Shown here in pieces: positions 17,789 through 28,947 of a DNA stretch of 64,000 nucleotides (the first letter of the stretch is position 1; the number at the start of each line of letters is the position of its first letter). The notes beneath the pieces were generated by a model. That model searched no databases. It saw only the letters and a list, made by a program, of their open reading frames with translations, and was not told the origin of the DNA. Source of the DNA: Thermoplasmata archaeon (GTDB taxonomy: Archaea > Thermoplasmatota > E2 > JACPAO01 > JAHFTW01); the NCBI GenBank assembly GCA_034667725.1, contig JAXDQS010000012.1:1-64000 (forward strand). Direction: 5' to 3'. Made by a program: the position numbers and the translations under genes.

Positions 17789-18760
17789 TTGTCGAAGCTT
17801 CTCGTTGCCGTCCTCATCGGGCTGTTGGCGTTCGCGGCGCTGATGGCGGGGATGATGGCCCTCGGCCCTGCGTCCACGGACGCCGCCGACGCGCCGTCGT
17901 CGCCCTCGTCGCCGTCGTCGCCGCGCGCCGTCCCGCCGCCGCCCGCCCCCACCACGACCACGGCGCGCCCGGCCAGCGGCACCGTCACGGTCGAGGCCGT
18001 CGACGTCGCCTGGGCCCCGGGCCCGGCGCTCCGGGTCGAGGTGACGTTGCGCAACACGGGCGACGCGGCCGCCGAGGCCACCGCCGCCGACTGGACGTTC
18101 CGCCTGCAAGGCGACCGGGTCGACGACGGCCACGCCGACCTCGGCGCCGCGCTGCCGCCGGGCCGCGCCACGGTCGCGTTCGAGGTGCCGTTCGACGGCG
18201 GCCTGGCCGCCGACTGGATGCGCGAGTACGCCGACAACGACGAGCGCGCCAGGGCCGCCGTCGCCGGCACCCTGTCGGTCCTGTCGGGCGGCCGCGCCCT
18301 CCGCCTGGAGTTCACGTGGGACCGCGCCTGGACCGGCACGCTTGCCGCCCAGGTCGGGGAGGCCGCCGACTGCGACGCCAGCGCCGCCGCCGTCTGCCTC
18401 GTGTCGGCCGCCCCCCAATGGAGCGGCGACGACCTGGAGGTGCGCCTGAAGCTCCAGAACCGCGGCGACGACCCCGTCCGGCTGCGCGGCGACGTCGGCC
18501 TGGCGCTGGGCGGCGTCGTCGTGGCCGAGGCCGAGCTCGACCGCACCTACGTCGGCGCCGGCGGCACCTCCACCACCGAGGTCCGCCTGGCGTTCTCGGC
18601 CGACGCCCTCGCCTCCTGGTGGGACGGCCACGTCGCCGCCTGCGAGGCCTCCCCGCTGCAGCTCGTCCTCGACCTCTCGGACGCCGACGGCCCCCTCGGC
18701 GACTGGGCCCTCCCCTTGCCTGACTTCCACACTGAGCTCGCCTGCGGAGGCGCCGCATGA
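17789..18760 (+). CDS. Membrane-anchored LEA type 2 (WHy)-like two-domain protein
   Basis: TTG start, N-terminal TM, P/S/T linker, two beta domains (VTLRNTG, LKLQNRG, LASWWDGHV). Confidence 0.7.
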   Translation: MSKLLVAVLIGLLAFAALMAGMMALGPASTDAADAPSSPSSPSSPRAVPPPPAPTTTTARPASGTVTVEAVDVAWAPGPALRVEVTLRNTGDAAAEATAADWTFRLQGDRVDDGHADLGAALPPGRATVAFEVPFDGGLAADWMREYADNDERARAAVAGTLSVLSGGRALRLEFTWDRAWTGTLAAQVGEAADCDASAAAVCLVSAAPQWSGDDLEVRLKLQNRGDDPVRLRGDVGLALGGVVVAEAELDRTYVGAGGTSTTEVRLAFSADALASWWDGHVAACEASPLQLVLDLSDADGPLGDWALPLPDFHTELACGGAA

Positions 18761-19260
18761 GCGCCCTCACCGACCTCGCCGGCCAAGCCTCGATTCCGCT
18801 CTTGGCCGGCGGCCTCGTGATGCTCGCCGTCCTGGTGGTGCTGGTGTTCATCCAGAACCTCGTGCCCAACCGCCAGCCCGCCGCCGGCGCCCCCGCCGAA
18901 GGGGTCCCCAGCCTGCGCCCGCTCGACGGCAAGGCGGTGTTCCACGCCGTCACGCCCGCCAAGGGCCGCCGCCGGAAGGCCACCCCCGAGCGCCCGCCGC
19001 TGCCCGTGGACGCCGCCCTGCTGCGCCTCTTGGAGCAGAAGGCCGGCGAGCCCCGCCTGCTGCGGGTCCGCGAGCGCATGGCCAAGATTCGCCTCTACCA
19101 CTGCGCCGGCTGCGCCCGCAAGGAGGAGAACGGCTGCACCGTCGAGCGCGACCAGGTGCGCGCGGCCTTCGGCGCGCTGCACGGCGACCGCGCCTCGGTC
19201 GCCGAGGTCCGCTGCACCATCCGCGGCGACCCCCACTGCGAGTTCGAGGTGCGGCACTGA
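18757..19260 (+). CDS. Membrane-anchored V4R-like domain protein
   Basis: TM, then CAGC...C...VAEVRCTIRGDPHCEFEV, a typical V4R C-terminus. Translationally coupled on both sides. Confidence 0.75.
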   Translation: MSALTDLAGQASIPLLAGGLVMLAVLVVLVFIQNLVPNRQPAAGAPAEGVPSLRPLDGKAVFHAVTPAKGRRRKATPERPPLPVDAALLRLLEQKAGEPRLLRVRERMAKIRLYHCAGCARKEENGCTVERDQVRAAFGALHGDRASVAEVRCTIRGDPHCEFEVRH

Positions 19261-21587
19261 TGGCGCGCCCCGCCCCGCCCGGCTCGCTCCTGTTGGCCCT
19301 CGCGGGCGCCGCCGTCGGCGCCTTCCTGGCCGCCGCCGTCCACGCCGGCCTTTGGGTCGCCGCCCACCCGGGCCAGAGCCTCGACGACCTGCCGAGCCTC
19401 CTCGGCGGCCCGGCGCTGCCGTTCTCCATCACCGGCTTCGCCGTCGGCTTCCTCGCCACCGGCCTCGCGGTGCGCAACCGCCTCACCCTGCGCATCGTCG
19501 GCGCCGTCCGGCGCAGCCTCCAGCTCCTGGTGGGTGCCGCCGCCGGCCTGCTGTTCGGCGCCGCCTGCCACGTCGGCTTCTACGTCGCCAGCCATCCCTC
19601 GGAGCCCCTGGACGCCGCCATCGCCAGCCTCGGCGAGGTCGGCGGCCGCGCCGGCCAGTTCCTGCTCGCCGGCACCCTCGCCGGCCTGCTGGCCGCCTCG
19701 ACCCTGATGGGCCGCCGCTCCATCGGCTCGGCGTTCCGCCACCTCGGCGGCCTGGCCTCGGGCGCCCTCACCGGCCTTGCCATCTACGTCCTGGGCGAGG
19801 TCGCGATCGCCTACCACGAAGGCACCTCGCAAGGCATCGCCGCGGACCTGGCGGCGGCGTTCTCCGCCGTGTCGGTCGGCATGATCCTCGCGGTCGGGCT
19901 GGGGGCGCTGGCCGGCGCCTTCCTGACGCGCTACTCCTGGCGCCTCTACGGCCTGCTGACCTTCATCTCGATCCTGGCGGTCGTCGCCGGCTACCTGCTC
20001 TACACCATCGGCGTCACGCTGCCCCACGTCCCGCCCGAGCACCGCCTGCTGTCGCACGCGCTGTTCGCCGTCGAGTCGACCAGCCTGCTGATGGTGCTGC
20101 TCTACAGCTTCTACACCATCGACGTCGCCGCCCGCAAGCGCTGGCGCCGCGCCACCTCCGAGGCCCCGTTCTCGCCGTTCTACCTCCCCAAGGTGTGCAT
20201 CCAGGTCCCGACCTACAACGAGCCCGCCGACCTCGTCAAGGAGACGCTGCGCTGCCTGATGGCGCTCGACTACCCGCACGACCGCTTCGTCATCATGGTG
20301 GGCGACGACTCGACCCGCCCCGAGCGCGCCGAGCCCATCCGGAAGTTCTGCGAGGAGCACGGCCTGCACTACACCCACCGCACCGACCGCACCGGGTACA
20401 AGGCCGGGATGCTCAACCGCCTGCTCCGGGAGATGCCGGCGGACTGCAACCTCATCGCCGTCGTGGACGCCGACTACCAGGTCGAGCCCAACTTTTTGCG
20501 GGAGACGGTCGGCTACTTCATCGACCCCGAGCTGGGCTGGCTCCAGACGCCGCAGGACTACCGCAACCGCCACCAGTCGTTCCTCACGGAGCAGTACTAC
20601 CTCGCGGACGCCTACTTCTACCGCACCGTGTTGCCGTCGCGCAACGAGGAGAACTCGATCATCTTCTGCGGCACCATGGGGATGCTGCGGGCCCGCGCCG
20701 TCGTCGAGGCCGGCGGCTGGGGCGAGAAGTACATCACCGAGGACGCCGAGCTGTCGGTGCGCCTCCTGAACCGGGGCTGGCGCTCGCTCTACGTCAACAA
20801 GACCTACGGCCGCGGCCTCATCCCCTCCGACTTCGAGGCCTACAAGCGGCAGCACTACCGCTGGGCCTTCGGCGGCGGCAAGATCATGCGCGGCCACGGG
20901 CTTCGCCTGCTGTTCGGCCGCTTCACGTTCCGCCAGCGCCTCGACTACCTGGTCGGCGCCGTCAACTGGTTCGAGGGCGCCTTCGTGCTCGCCATCGCGC
21001 TGTTCGTGCTCGGCATGGGGGTCGGCGACGTCATGGGCGACGCCGTCGTGACCCACCACAGCCAAGAAATCATGCTCATCGGCCTGGTGCCGATCTTCCT
21101 CCTCTTGGACGGCCTCACCCGGGTCCACTTCGTGCTGCGGCGCAGCATCCAGCTCGGCTTCGGCGGCACCGTGCGCATCCTCGGCATGTGGTCGAGCGTC
21201 AAGTTCAGCAACACCCGCGCCGCCCTCAAGGCCCTCCTCGGGTTCAGCATCCCGTTCGTCCGCACCCGCCGCCAGGCCGCCCAGCGCACCAGCCGCCGCG
21301 TCGCCTTGGCCCAGGCCTTCCGCATCACGCCCTTCGAGTCGTTCATGGCCGGCCTGTTTGCCGCCACCACCATCGGCGTGGTCGCCCGCGTCTTCTCGGC
21401 GGATGCCAGCGGCGAGCTGCTGGCGGCCCGCGCATCGATGGCGTTCTGGCTGCTGTACTACTGCGTCCTGTTCGCGGCCGCCCCGCTCTACGCCTACAAG
21501 TCCTTCTCCACGGCCTCGGCCGACGCCGGGCCTACGATGCGCCTCCACACCGCGCCCAACGATGTCCCCCAGGACGTGAACGCATGA
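19260..21587 (+). CDS. Processive GT2 glycosyltransferase, cellulose synthase/beta-glucan synthase-like
   Basis: VPTYNE, DDS, GYKAG, DAD, QTPQ, FCGT, ITED, QHYRW (QxxRW) and multiple TMs. Confidence 0.93.
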   Translation: MARPAPPGSLLLALAGAAVGAFLAAAVHAGLWVAAHPGQSLDDLPSLLGGPALPFSITGFAVGFLATGLAVRNRLTLRIVGAVRRSLQLLVGAAAGLLFGAACHVGFYVASHPSEPLDAAIASLGEVGGRAGQFLLAGTLAGLLAASTLMGRRSIGSAFRHLGGLASGALTGLAIYVLGEVAIAYHEGTSQGIAADLAAAFSAVSVGMILAVGLGALAGAFLTRYSWRLYGLLTFISILAVVAGYLLYTIGVTLPHVPPEHRLLSHALFAVESTSLLMVLLYSFYTIDVAARKRWRRATSEAPFSPFYLPKVCIQVPTYNEPADLVKETLRCLMALDYPHDRFVIMVGDDSTRPERAEPIRKFCEEHGLHYTHRTDRTGYKAGMLNRLLREMPADCNLIAVVDADYQVEPNFLRETVGYFIDPELGWLQTPQDYRNRHQSFLTEQYYLADAYFYRTVLPSRNEENSIIFCGTMGMLRARAVVEAGGWGEKYITEDAELSVRLLNRGWRSLYVNKTYGRGLIPSDFEAYKRQHYRWAFGGGKIMRGHGLRLLFGRFTFRQRLDYLVGAVNWFEGAFVLAIALFVLGMGVGDVMGDAVVTHHSQEIMLIGLVPIFLLLDGLTRVHFVLRRSIQLGFGGTVRILGMWSSVKFSNTRAALKALLGFSIPFVRTRRQAAQRTSRRVALAQAFRITPFESFMAGLFAATTIGVVARVFSADASGELLAARASMAFWLLYYCVLFAAAPLYAYKSFSTASADAGPTMRLHTAPNDVPQDVNA

Positions 21588-22981
21588 CCCCCCCTGCCCC
21601 GACCCCCCGCCCCGCTGCCCCGAAGACCGCCCCCAAGGCCGCCGCCCCCGCCGCCCAGGCGCCCCCGAAGCCGACCGCGTTGCACTGGGGCATCCTCGCC
21701 GTCGTCGCCCTCTTGGCCGTCGGCCTCCGCCTCGTCGACCCGCTCGGCGACCCCGTGCTCGCCACCGAGAAGCCGTTCTTGGAGATGGGGCAAGCCTGGG
21801 ACTTCGTGCAAGGCGACGGCCCGCCCACCGGCTACGCCCTCGTCCTTGCGCCGTTCGCCCTCATGGGCACGGACGCCCTCTACGCCGCCGCCCGCTTCCT
21901 GCCCGCCGTCCTCGGCGCCGTCGGGGTCGTGGGCGCGTTCTTCCTCGCCCGCCGCTTCATGCACCCGGCCGGCGCCATCACCGCCGCCCTGCTGGCCGCC
22001 ATCATCCCCGAGCTCATTGTGCGCGGCAGCGGCCTGTTCCAGCCGACCTTGGACCTCGCGCTGCTGCCTTGGCTGCTCCTGGGCACCCTCCGCCTCGCCC
22101 AAGGCCACTGGAAAGGCGCCCTGCTCGCGGCCCCCATCGCCCTCGTGATGCTGATGTCGAACCCCGGCTTCATGGCCCTCCTCTTGCCCACGCTCGCCGT
22201 GGTCGGCGCCGTGGCCGGCGCGCACTTCGCGCCCAAGGCCCGCGTCGCCATCGGCGTCGCCGGCGGTGTGGCTGCGCTCGCGCTGCTCTGGCTCGCCGTC
22301 GCCGGGCCGCTGGCGCCCGGCACCGTGCCCGAGCCCGGCGAGGTCGAGCTGCTGTCCCAGCTCACCATCCCCGCGCTGCTGTTCGCCCTCGCGGGCGCCA
22401 TCGTCGCCGTCGTGCGCCCCAGCCCCTACGGCTGGGTGGCGCTCACGTTCACGGCCACGGCCGCCGCCGCGACGCTGCTGCTGACCGCCGGCGACCCCGC
22501 CCTCAAGGTGGCGTACCTCGGCTACGGCATCGCGCTCCTGGCCGCCGTGCCCGTGTCCGAGACGTTCCGCGTCGTCGGCGACGCCCGCCCGCAGGCCCAG
22601 ACCAGCACCACCTTCGGCGTCCTCGCCCTGAGCACCATCCTGACCCTGCCCGCCGGCATGGGCCTCGACCCGTGGTACCGCCTCTACGACGAGAACGAGC
22701 TGCACGCCTACGACGCGCTGGGCGACCTGGCCCCCGCCACCGTCATCTCCGGCTCCTGGCAAGCCCAGGTCGGCTACCACGCCCTCACCGGCGGCGCCGT
22801 CCAGTACAACCCGGACTTCTTCCACGACGACGGCATCCGCGCGTACGAGCTGGAGCGCGACCCGCGCCTTGTCGTCCTCGTCGACCAGCACGCCAAGGAC
22901 GACGGCATCCCCCCCGGGTTCCTGGAGTCGTGGCAGAAGGTCGGCCAATGGGGCTCGACCGTGGCCTACAAGGCGCCCTGA
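21584..22981 (+). CDS. Polytopic membrane protein, GT-C-like
   Basis: About 12 TMs, RFLPAVLGAVGVVGAFFLARR...AALLAAIIP pattern, C-terminal soluble domain. ATGA-coupled to the GT2 gene. Confidence 0.7.
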   Translation: MTPPAPTPRPAAPKTAPKAAAPAAQAPPKPTALHWGILAVVALLAVGLRLVDPLGDPVLATEKPFLEMGQAWDFVQGDGPPTGYALVLAPFALMGTDALYAAARFLPAVLGAVGVVGAFFLARRFMHPAGAITAALLAAIIPELIVRGSGLFQPTLDLALLPWLLLGTLRLAQGHWKGALLAAPIALVMLMSNPGFMALLLPTLAVVGAVAGAHFAPKARVAIGVAGGVAALALLWLAVAGPLAPGTVPEPGEVELLSQLTIPALLFALAGAIVAVVRPSPYGWVALTFTATAAAATLLLTAGDPALKVAYLGYGIALLAAVPVSETFRVVGDARPQAQTSTTFGVLALSTILTLPAGMGLDPWYRLYDENELHAYDALGDLAPATVISGSWQAQVGYHALTGGAVQYNPDFFHDDGIRAYELERDPRLVVLVDQHAKDDGIPPGFLESWQKVGQWGSTVAYKAP

Positions 22982-23164
22982 CCCCCGCCACGGAAACCCC
23001 GGAGCGCCACGGTTCCCGCAGCGGAAGCCACGGCGGCCACGCCATTTTTGCCGCGTTGCCGCTTCATCAATGGGGAACCCCTGAAGAACCCTCAAGGCGG
23101 CCCCGCCGTTGCTAGGAATGCCTCCGAGTGGAGAGACTCCCGGGCACGCAGGAGAGAACCCCCT

Positions 23165-23677
23165 ATGGTCCGCATGGATGAAACCAACCTCATGATCCTG
23201 CAGCTGCTGCAGAAGAACGCCCGCACGAGCATGACCGAACTGGCCCAGGCCGTCGGCCGCTCGGAGTCCACGGTGCGCGAGCGCGTCGTGGCCCTCGAGC
23301 TGGCCGGCCTCCTCAAAGGCTACCGCGCCGAGATCGACTGGGACCAGGCCGGCCTGCCCGCCGTCGCCGTCGTCCAGGCCCGTTGCGACCTGCAACGCAT
23401 CGCCGACGTCGCCAAGCAGCTCGCCGCCATCCCCAACGTGACGCGCGCCCTCTACCTGACCGGCAACAAGCCCATCTTCGCGCTGCTGCGGGTCCGCGAC
23501 ATCGAGCACCTCCACCAGCTGCTGCGCGAGCGCTTCTCCAACGGCGAGATCCGCGACATCGAGGCGCACATCGCCCTCGACTCGCTCGTCGACCGCCGCA
23601 CCCCGCCGCTGCGCGACTCGGTCCTGAAGGCCAACGAGGACGGCTCCCGTCCCACCTTGGCCGCGACCACCATCTGA
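23165..23677 (+). CDS. Lrp/AsnC family transcriptional regulator
   Basis: MDETNLMILQLLQKNARTSMTELAQAVGRSESTVRERV...GLLKGY. Confidence 0.95.
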   Translation: MVRMDETNLMILQLLQKNARTSMTELAQAVGRSESTVRERVVALELAGLLKGYRAEIDWDQAGLPAVAVVQARCDLQRIADVAKQLAAIPNVTRALYLTGNKPIFALLRVRDIEHLHQLLRERFSNGEIRDIEAHIALDSLVDRRTPPLRDSVLKANEDGSRPTLAATTI

Positions 23678-23688
23678 ACGCGCGTCGC

Positions 23689-23717
23689 TTCCCTCTTTCC
23701 TTCCTTCCCTTTTTTTT
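23689..23717 (+). terminator. Pyrimidine/oligo-T terminator
   Basis: TTCCCTCTTTCCTTCCTTCCCTTTTTTTT right after the Lrp stop. Confidence 0.65.
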
Positions 23718-23732
23718 GGCTTGTCAGGAGGC

Positions 23733-23818
23733 TCTGTGGATGGTCCGGCCGCGGCCCGACCCATCCACCGAACCCACGGAGGCGCAAGGGGTTCGGTGGT
23801 CTCGGTGCCCTCGGTGGA
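23733..23818. repeat. REP-like element with 9-bp-period CAC(C/G)GA units
   Basis: 23788-23818 is the exact reverse complement of 24808-24838. Additional imperfect hairpin TCTGTGGATGG/CCATCCACCGA. Confidence 0.8.
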
Positions 23819-24040
23819 TTGGTCGGCGCCGCGCCCGACGCATCTCCGCCCGAGGGCCCGAACCCCTCGCCGCTCGCGACACGCCGGCACGCCCAAGGGA
23901 TTCGCGCCTCGGAGCCTGCGCCGCCGCGCTCGCCACGGAACCGTGGTTTTTCCGCGGCAGCCTTCCTGCCGGCGGCCCCAGATACCTCGGGCAACGCCTT
24001 AGGCCGCCAGGATCGTTTAGGGTGGTGCGAGGACCTGACC

Positions 24041-24133
24041 ATGAAGTACCCTGCCCCACGTGGACTCCCCTTCTTCCGCGACCCCCACGCCCCCTCCGAG
24101 GAACACGACCAAGCCTGGAACGGTGACGCATGA
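24041..24133 (+). CDS. Putative 30-aa small protein or leader peptide
   Basis: MKYPAPRGLPFFRDPHAPSEEHDQAWNGDA, GAGG upstream, stop overlaps the next ATG (ATGA). Confidence 0.4.
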   Translation: MKYPAPRGLPFFRDPHAPSEEHDQAWNGDA

Positions 24134-24738
24134 GGCGCGCCGTCACCTCGGTGCTGGAGCTCGACTCGCGCCGCCGCATCGCCGACGCCGTGCGCGCCAA
24201 CCCGGGCATCCACCTGCGCGGCCTGGCCGACCTCTTGCAGATGCCGGTCTCGACGCTGGAGTACCACTGCCACGTGCTCCAGAAGGGCGGCCACCTCGCC
24301 ACCCGCGCCACCGGGAAGTTCAAGGCGTTCTTCGTCCCCGACGGCATCGACCGCCGCGACAAGGACATCCTGTACGTCGTGCGCCACGACGCGCCCCGCC
24401 GCATCTGCCGCCACCTTCTGGACCACCCCGGCAGCACCCCCGGCGAGCTGTGCGCCGTCGTGCAGCTGTCCGCGCCCACCCTGAGCTTCCACATCAAGAA
24501 GATGCGCAACGCGAACCTGCTGCGGGAGGAGCGCGACTGGCGCCAGAAGCGCCTGTTCGTCGAGGACCCCGAGCGCGTCGCCGAAGTGCTCGCCTCCCTC
24601 CGGGACATGCCGGCCCGCCCCGCCCGCCCCGCGCGCCGCCCCGCCCCGCCGATGGAGGCGCCGCCCATCGTGGCGCTTGCCCCCGCCCAGGAGCCGCCCA
24701 GCGCCATGGCCGAGGGCATCGGCGTCGGGCCCATCTGA
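24130..24738 (+). CDS. Double winged-helix transcriptional regulator
   Basis: RRRIADAVRANPGIHLRGLA...STLEYH and a second wHTH HPGSTPGEL...TLSFHIKKM. Confidence 0.9.
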   Translation: MRRAVTSVLELDSRRRIADAVRANPGIHLRGLADLLQMPVSTLEYHCHVLQKGGHLATRATGKFKAFFVPDGIDRRDKDILYVVRHDAPRRICRHLLDHPGSTPGELCAVVQLSAPTLSFHIKKMRNANLLREERDWRQKRLFVEDPERVAEVLASLRDMPARPARPARRPAPPMEAPPIVALAPAQEPPSAMAEGIGVGPI

Positions 24739-24748
24739 TCAACGTCGA

Positions 24749-24778
24749 TCCTTTCTCCCTCCTTCTTCCTGCTTTTCT
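24749..24778 (+). terminator. Pyrimidine-rich terminator
   Basis: TCCTTTCTCCCTCCTTCTTCCTGCTTTTCT after the stop. Confidence 0.5.
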
Positions 24779-24807
24779 GAGCGCGAGGCGCCGCGTGCGC
24801 CGAACGG

Positions 24808-24838
24808 TCCACCGAGGGCACCGAGACCACCGAACCCC
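24808..24838. repeat. REP-like element, inverted partner of 23788-23818
   Basis: TCCACCGAGGGCACCGAGACCACCGAACCCC. Confidence 0.8.
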
Positions 24839-24933
24839 AAAGTCCATGGTCGTCGGTTCGAGGAACGCCCGAAGGGGGTTTTCTACGCCCAGACGCGAAC
24901 CTCGGGGTGTTGCGGGCGCCCGTCGCCCGGTTG

Positions 24934-26546
24934 ATGTCCATGGAGAACCCCATCCTAGTCCCCGGTGTCCAGGTCACGCGGCCGCCCCACCCGCGCCTGT
25001 CCGACCTCCTGAGCCAGGAGTATCTCGAGTTCCTGGTCCGGCTCCAGCAGGCCTTCGGCGCCCGCCGCCGCGACCTGTTGGCCCGCCGCGCCGCCCGCCA
25101 GGCCACCCTCGCCATGGGAGGCACCCTCGGCTTCAACCCGGAGACCCGCGAGGTGCGCGAGTCGAGCTGGCAGGTCACGGCGCCGCCGGACGACCTCAAG
25201 GACCGCCGCGTCGAGATCACCGGCCCGCCCGAGGCCAAGATGATCCTGCACGCCTTCAACTCCGGCGCCCAGGTCTACATGGCCGACTTCGAGGACGCCC
25301 TCAGCCCGACCTGGCAGAACCTGCTGCAAGGGCAGGCCAACCTCGCCGCCGCCTCCCGCGGCCACCTCTACTACGAGTCCGCCGACGGCCGCTCCCACGA
25401 GATCCGGCAGGACGCCGCCACCCTCACCGTCCGCCCCCGCGGCTGGCACCTGGACGAGCGCCACGTCCGCATCGGCGGCGTCCCGGTCTCCGCCAGCCTG
25501 TTCGACTTCAGCCTGCACGCGTTCCACAACGCCCGCCTGCTGCGGGAGAAGGGCTCGGGCCCCTACTACTACCTCCCCAAGATGGAGTCGCACCTGGAGG
25601 CCCGCCTCTGGAACGACGTCTTCACCTTCACCGAGGACCACCTCAAGCTGCCGCGCCACACCATCCGGTGCACGGTGCTGATCGAGACCATCCAGGCCGC
25701 CTTCGAGATGGAGGAGATGCTCTACGAGCTGCGCGGCCGCAGCCCCGCCCTGAACGCGGGCCGCTGGGACTACCTGTTCAGCATCGTCAAGACCTACCGC
25801 GAGCGCCCCGGCTTCGTGCTGCCCGACCGCGCCGACATCCCCATGACGACGCCGTTTTTGTGGGCCTACACCTCGCGCCTGGTGCAGTCGTGCCACCGCC
25901 GCGGCGCCTACGCCATCGGCGGCATGGCCGCGTTCGTCCCCAGCCGCAAGGACCCCGACGGCAGCCGCGGCGCCCTCGACAAGGTGCGCGCCGACAAGCT
26001 CCGGGAGGCCCACGACGGCTTCGACGGCACCTGGGTCGCGCATCCTGACTTGGTGCCCGTGGCCCGCGCCGCCTTCGACGAGGTGCTCGGCGGCCGCACC
26101 AACCAGCTTGAGCGCCTGCGGTCGCGCATCCGCCCCGACGCCCCCGACCTGCTCTACTTCCAGGTGCCCAGCGCCGCCGTCACCGAGCGTGGCGTCCGGA
26201 GCAACTGCCGCGTCGGCACCGCCTACCTCGCCGCCTGGCTCGCGGGCCAAGGCGCCGTCGCCATCGACAACTGCATGGAGGACACCGCCACCGCCGAGAT
26301 CGCCCGCAGCCAGGTCTGGCAGTGGGTCAAGCAGGGCGTCGTGCTGGAGGACGGCACCACCCTGACCGGCGCCCGCGTCCGCGGCTTCCTGGAGCAGGAG
26401 ACCGCCCGCCTGGTGGCCGAGTCCACCCTCGCGCCCGCCATCCTGTCCAAGCTGCCGGAAGGCCGCCGCCTGTTCGAGGAGGTCGCCCTCGGCGAACGGT
26501 TCCACGACTTCCTCACCATCGCCGGCCAAGACCGGCTCGACCCGTG

Positions 26547-26547
<1 letters not shown>
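24934..26547 (+). CDS. aceB: Malate synthase A
   Basis: [64 protein letters not shown]. Confidence 0.97.
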
Positions 26548-27896
<1,349 letters not shown>

Positions 27897-27909
27897 GCCG
27901 CCTCCCCGC

Positions 27910-27968
27910 CCACGGACTCCACGGATCGCACGGACCGAAGGTTTCCGCGCGATCCGTGCAATCCGTGG
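27910..27968. repeat. REP-like palindromic element
   Basis: CCACGGACTCCACGGATCGCACGGA...TCCGTGCAATCCGTGG: 9-bp-period units in both orientations after aceA. Confidence 0.7.
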
Positions 27969-27999
27969 TTTCTTGAGGCCGGCGAAGCTCGCGCCGCCC

Positions 28000-28389
28000 A
28001 TGGACGTCGAGACCGCCACCGCCATCCCCCAGAGCCCCGTCGCCGTCCGCGTCACGATGCGCGGCCACACCGTCGTCCAGGACAAGCCTGCCATCAACGG
28101 CGGCCAGGACCAAGGCCCGATGGCCAGCGAGCTGCTGCTGGCGGCCATCCTGGGCTGCCAGCACTCGACGTTCGTCAAGGTCGCCGCCAAGCGCCGCCTC
28201 GCGGCCCGCATCGAGCGGCTCGAGGGCGCCATGCACTTCGCCGACGGCGACATCCGCAAGGTCGAGGTCGAGGCCCACGTCTCGGGCGCGACCGAGGGCG
28301 TGGACACCGCGCTCCGGCTCACCGAGAAGACTTGCACCATCAGCCGGGCGCTCAAGGTGCCGGTCGAAGTCACCTGGAAGCCGGCCTAG
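28000..28389 (+). CDS. OsmC family protein
   Basis: DKP..GGQDQGPMASELLLAAILGC...CTISRAL with two conserved Cys. Confidence 0.92.
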   Translation: MDVETATAIPQSPVAVRVTMRGHTVVQDKPAINGGQDQGPMASELLLAAILGCQHSTFVKVAAKRRLAARIERLEGAMHFADGDIRKVEVEAHVSGATEGVDTALRLTEKTCTISRALKVPVEVTWKPA

Positions 28390-28895
28390 CCCAGCATCTG
28401 CACATACGCCCGCCGCTCCTCTTGCCTGGGGTCGAGGCCCAACTGCCGCGCGGCCGCCTCGACCTGGGCCCGCGCCTTGGCGACGTCGCCGTCCGTCACG
28501 ACCTCCAGCTCGAGGAACGTGCCGAGGCCTTCGACCTCGTCGAGCGCCAAGGCAACACCGTCCCAGTGCGCGGCGCGGCGGCGCTTGTGGACCCGCGGGC
28601 CTTCCGTGAAGCCGAGGGCGGCCAGCAGCGGACGCGGGTCGGCGCCCACGGGCAGGTCCAGCTCCTCCCGCGCCTTGCCCGCCCCCGGCTGCCGCGGGCC
28701 CTTGTAGGTCAGCGTCCAGCGGTCGCCCTCGCGGCGCACGCGCAACGCCTCGTCGGCGGCGGCCAGGTCGCGCGCCGGATGGTGGAGGAAGACGTCCTCC
28801 TGGACGACCGAGGGGCCGAAGGCGACGCCAAGGGCCTGGAGGCGGGCGAGCAGGCCGGCCGCCGCGCGCAGCTTCAGCTCGACCTCGACGGGCAC
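28386..28895 (-). CDS. cyaB: CYTH domain protein (class IV adenylate cyclase-like)
   Basis: EVELK, QEDVF, ALRVR, LTYKGP, REE, DEVEGLGTFLELE. Confidence 0.9.
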   Translation of the reverse strand: MPVEVELKLRAAAGLLARLQALGVAFGPSVVQEDVFLHHPARDLAAADEALRVRREGDRWTLTYKGPRQPGAGKAREELDLPVGADPRPLLAALGFTEGPRVHKRRRAAHWDGVALALDEVEGLGTFLELEVVTDGDVAKARAQVEAAARQLGLDPRQEERRAYVQMLG

Positions 28896-28947
28896 GGCGG
28901 CGGCGGACCGCCTACAAGCCTTTGAGGGTGATGGCCGTGGCCGCCGC

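Noticed and set aside
23788-24838. IS element or composite transposon
   Set aside because: No transposase inside and no clear target-site duplication. The repeats belong to a dispersed family.
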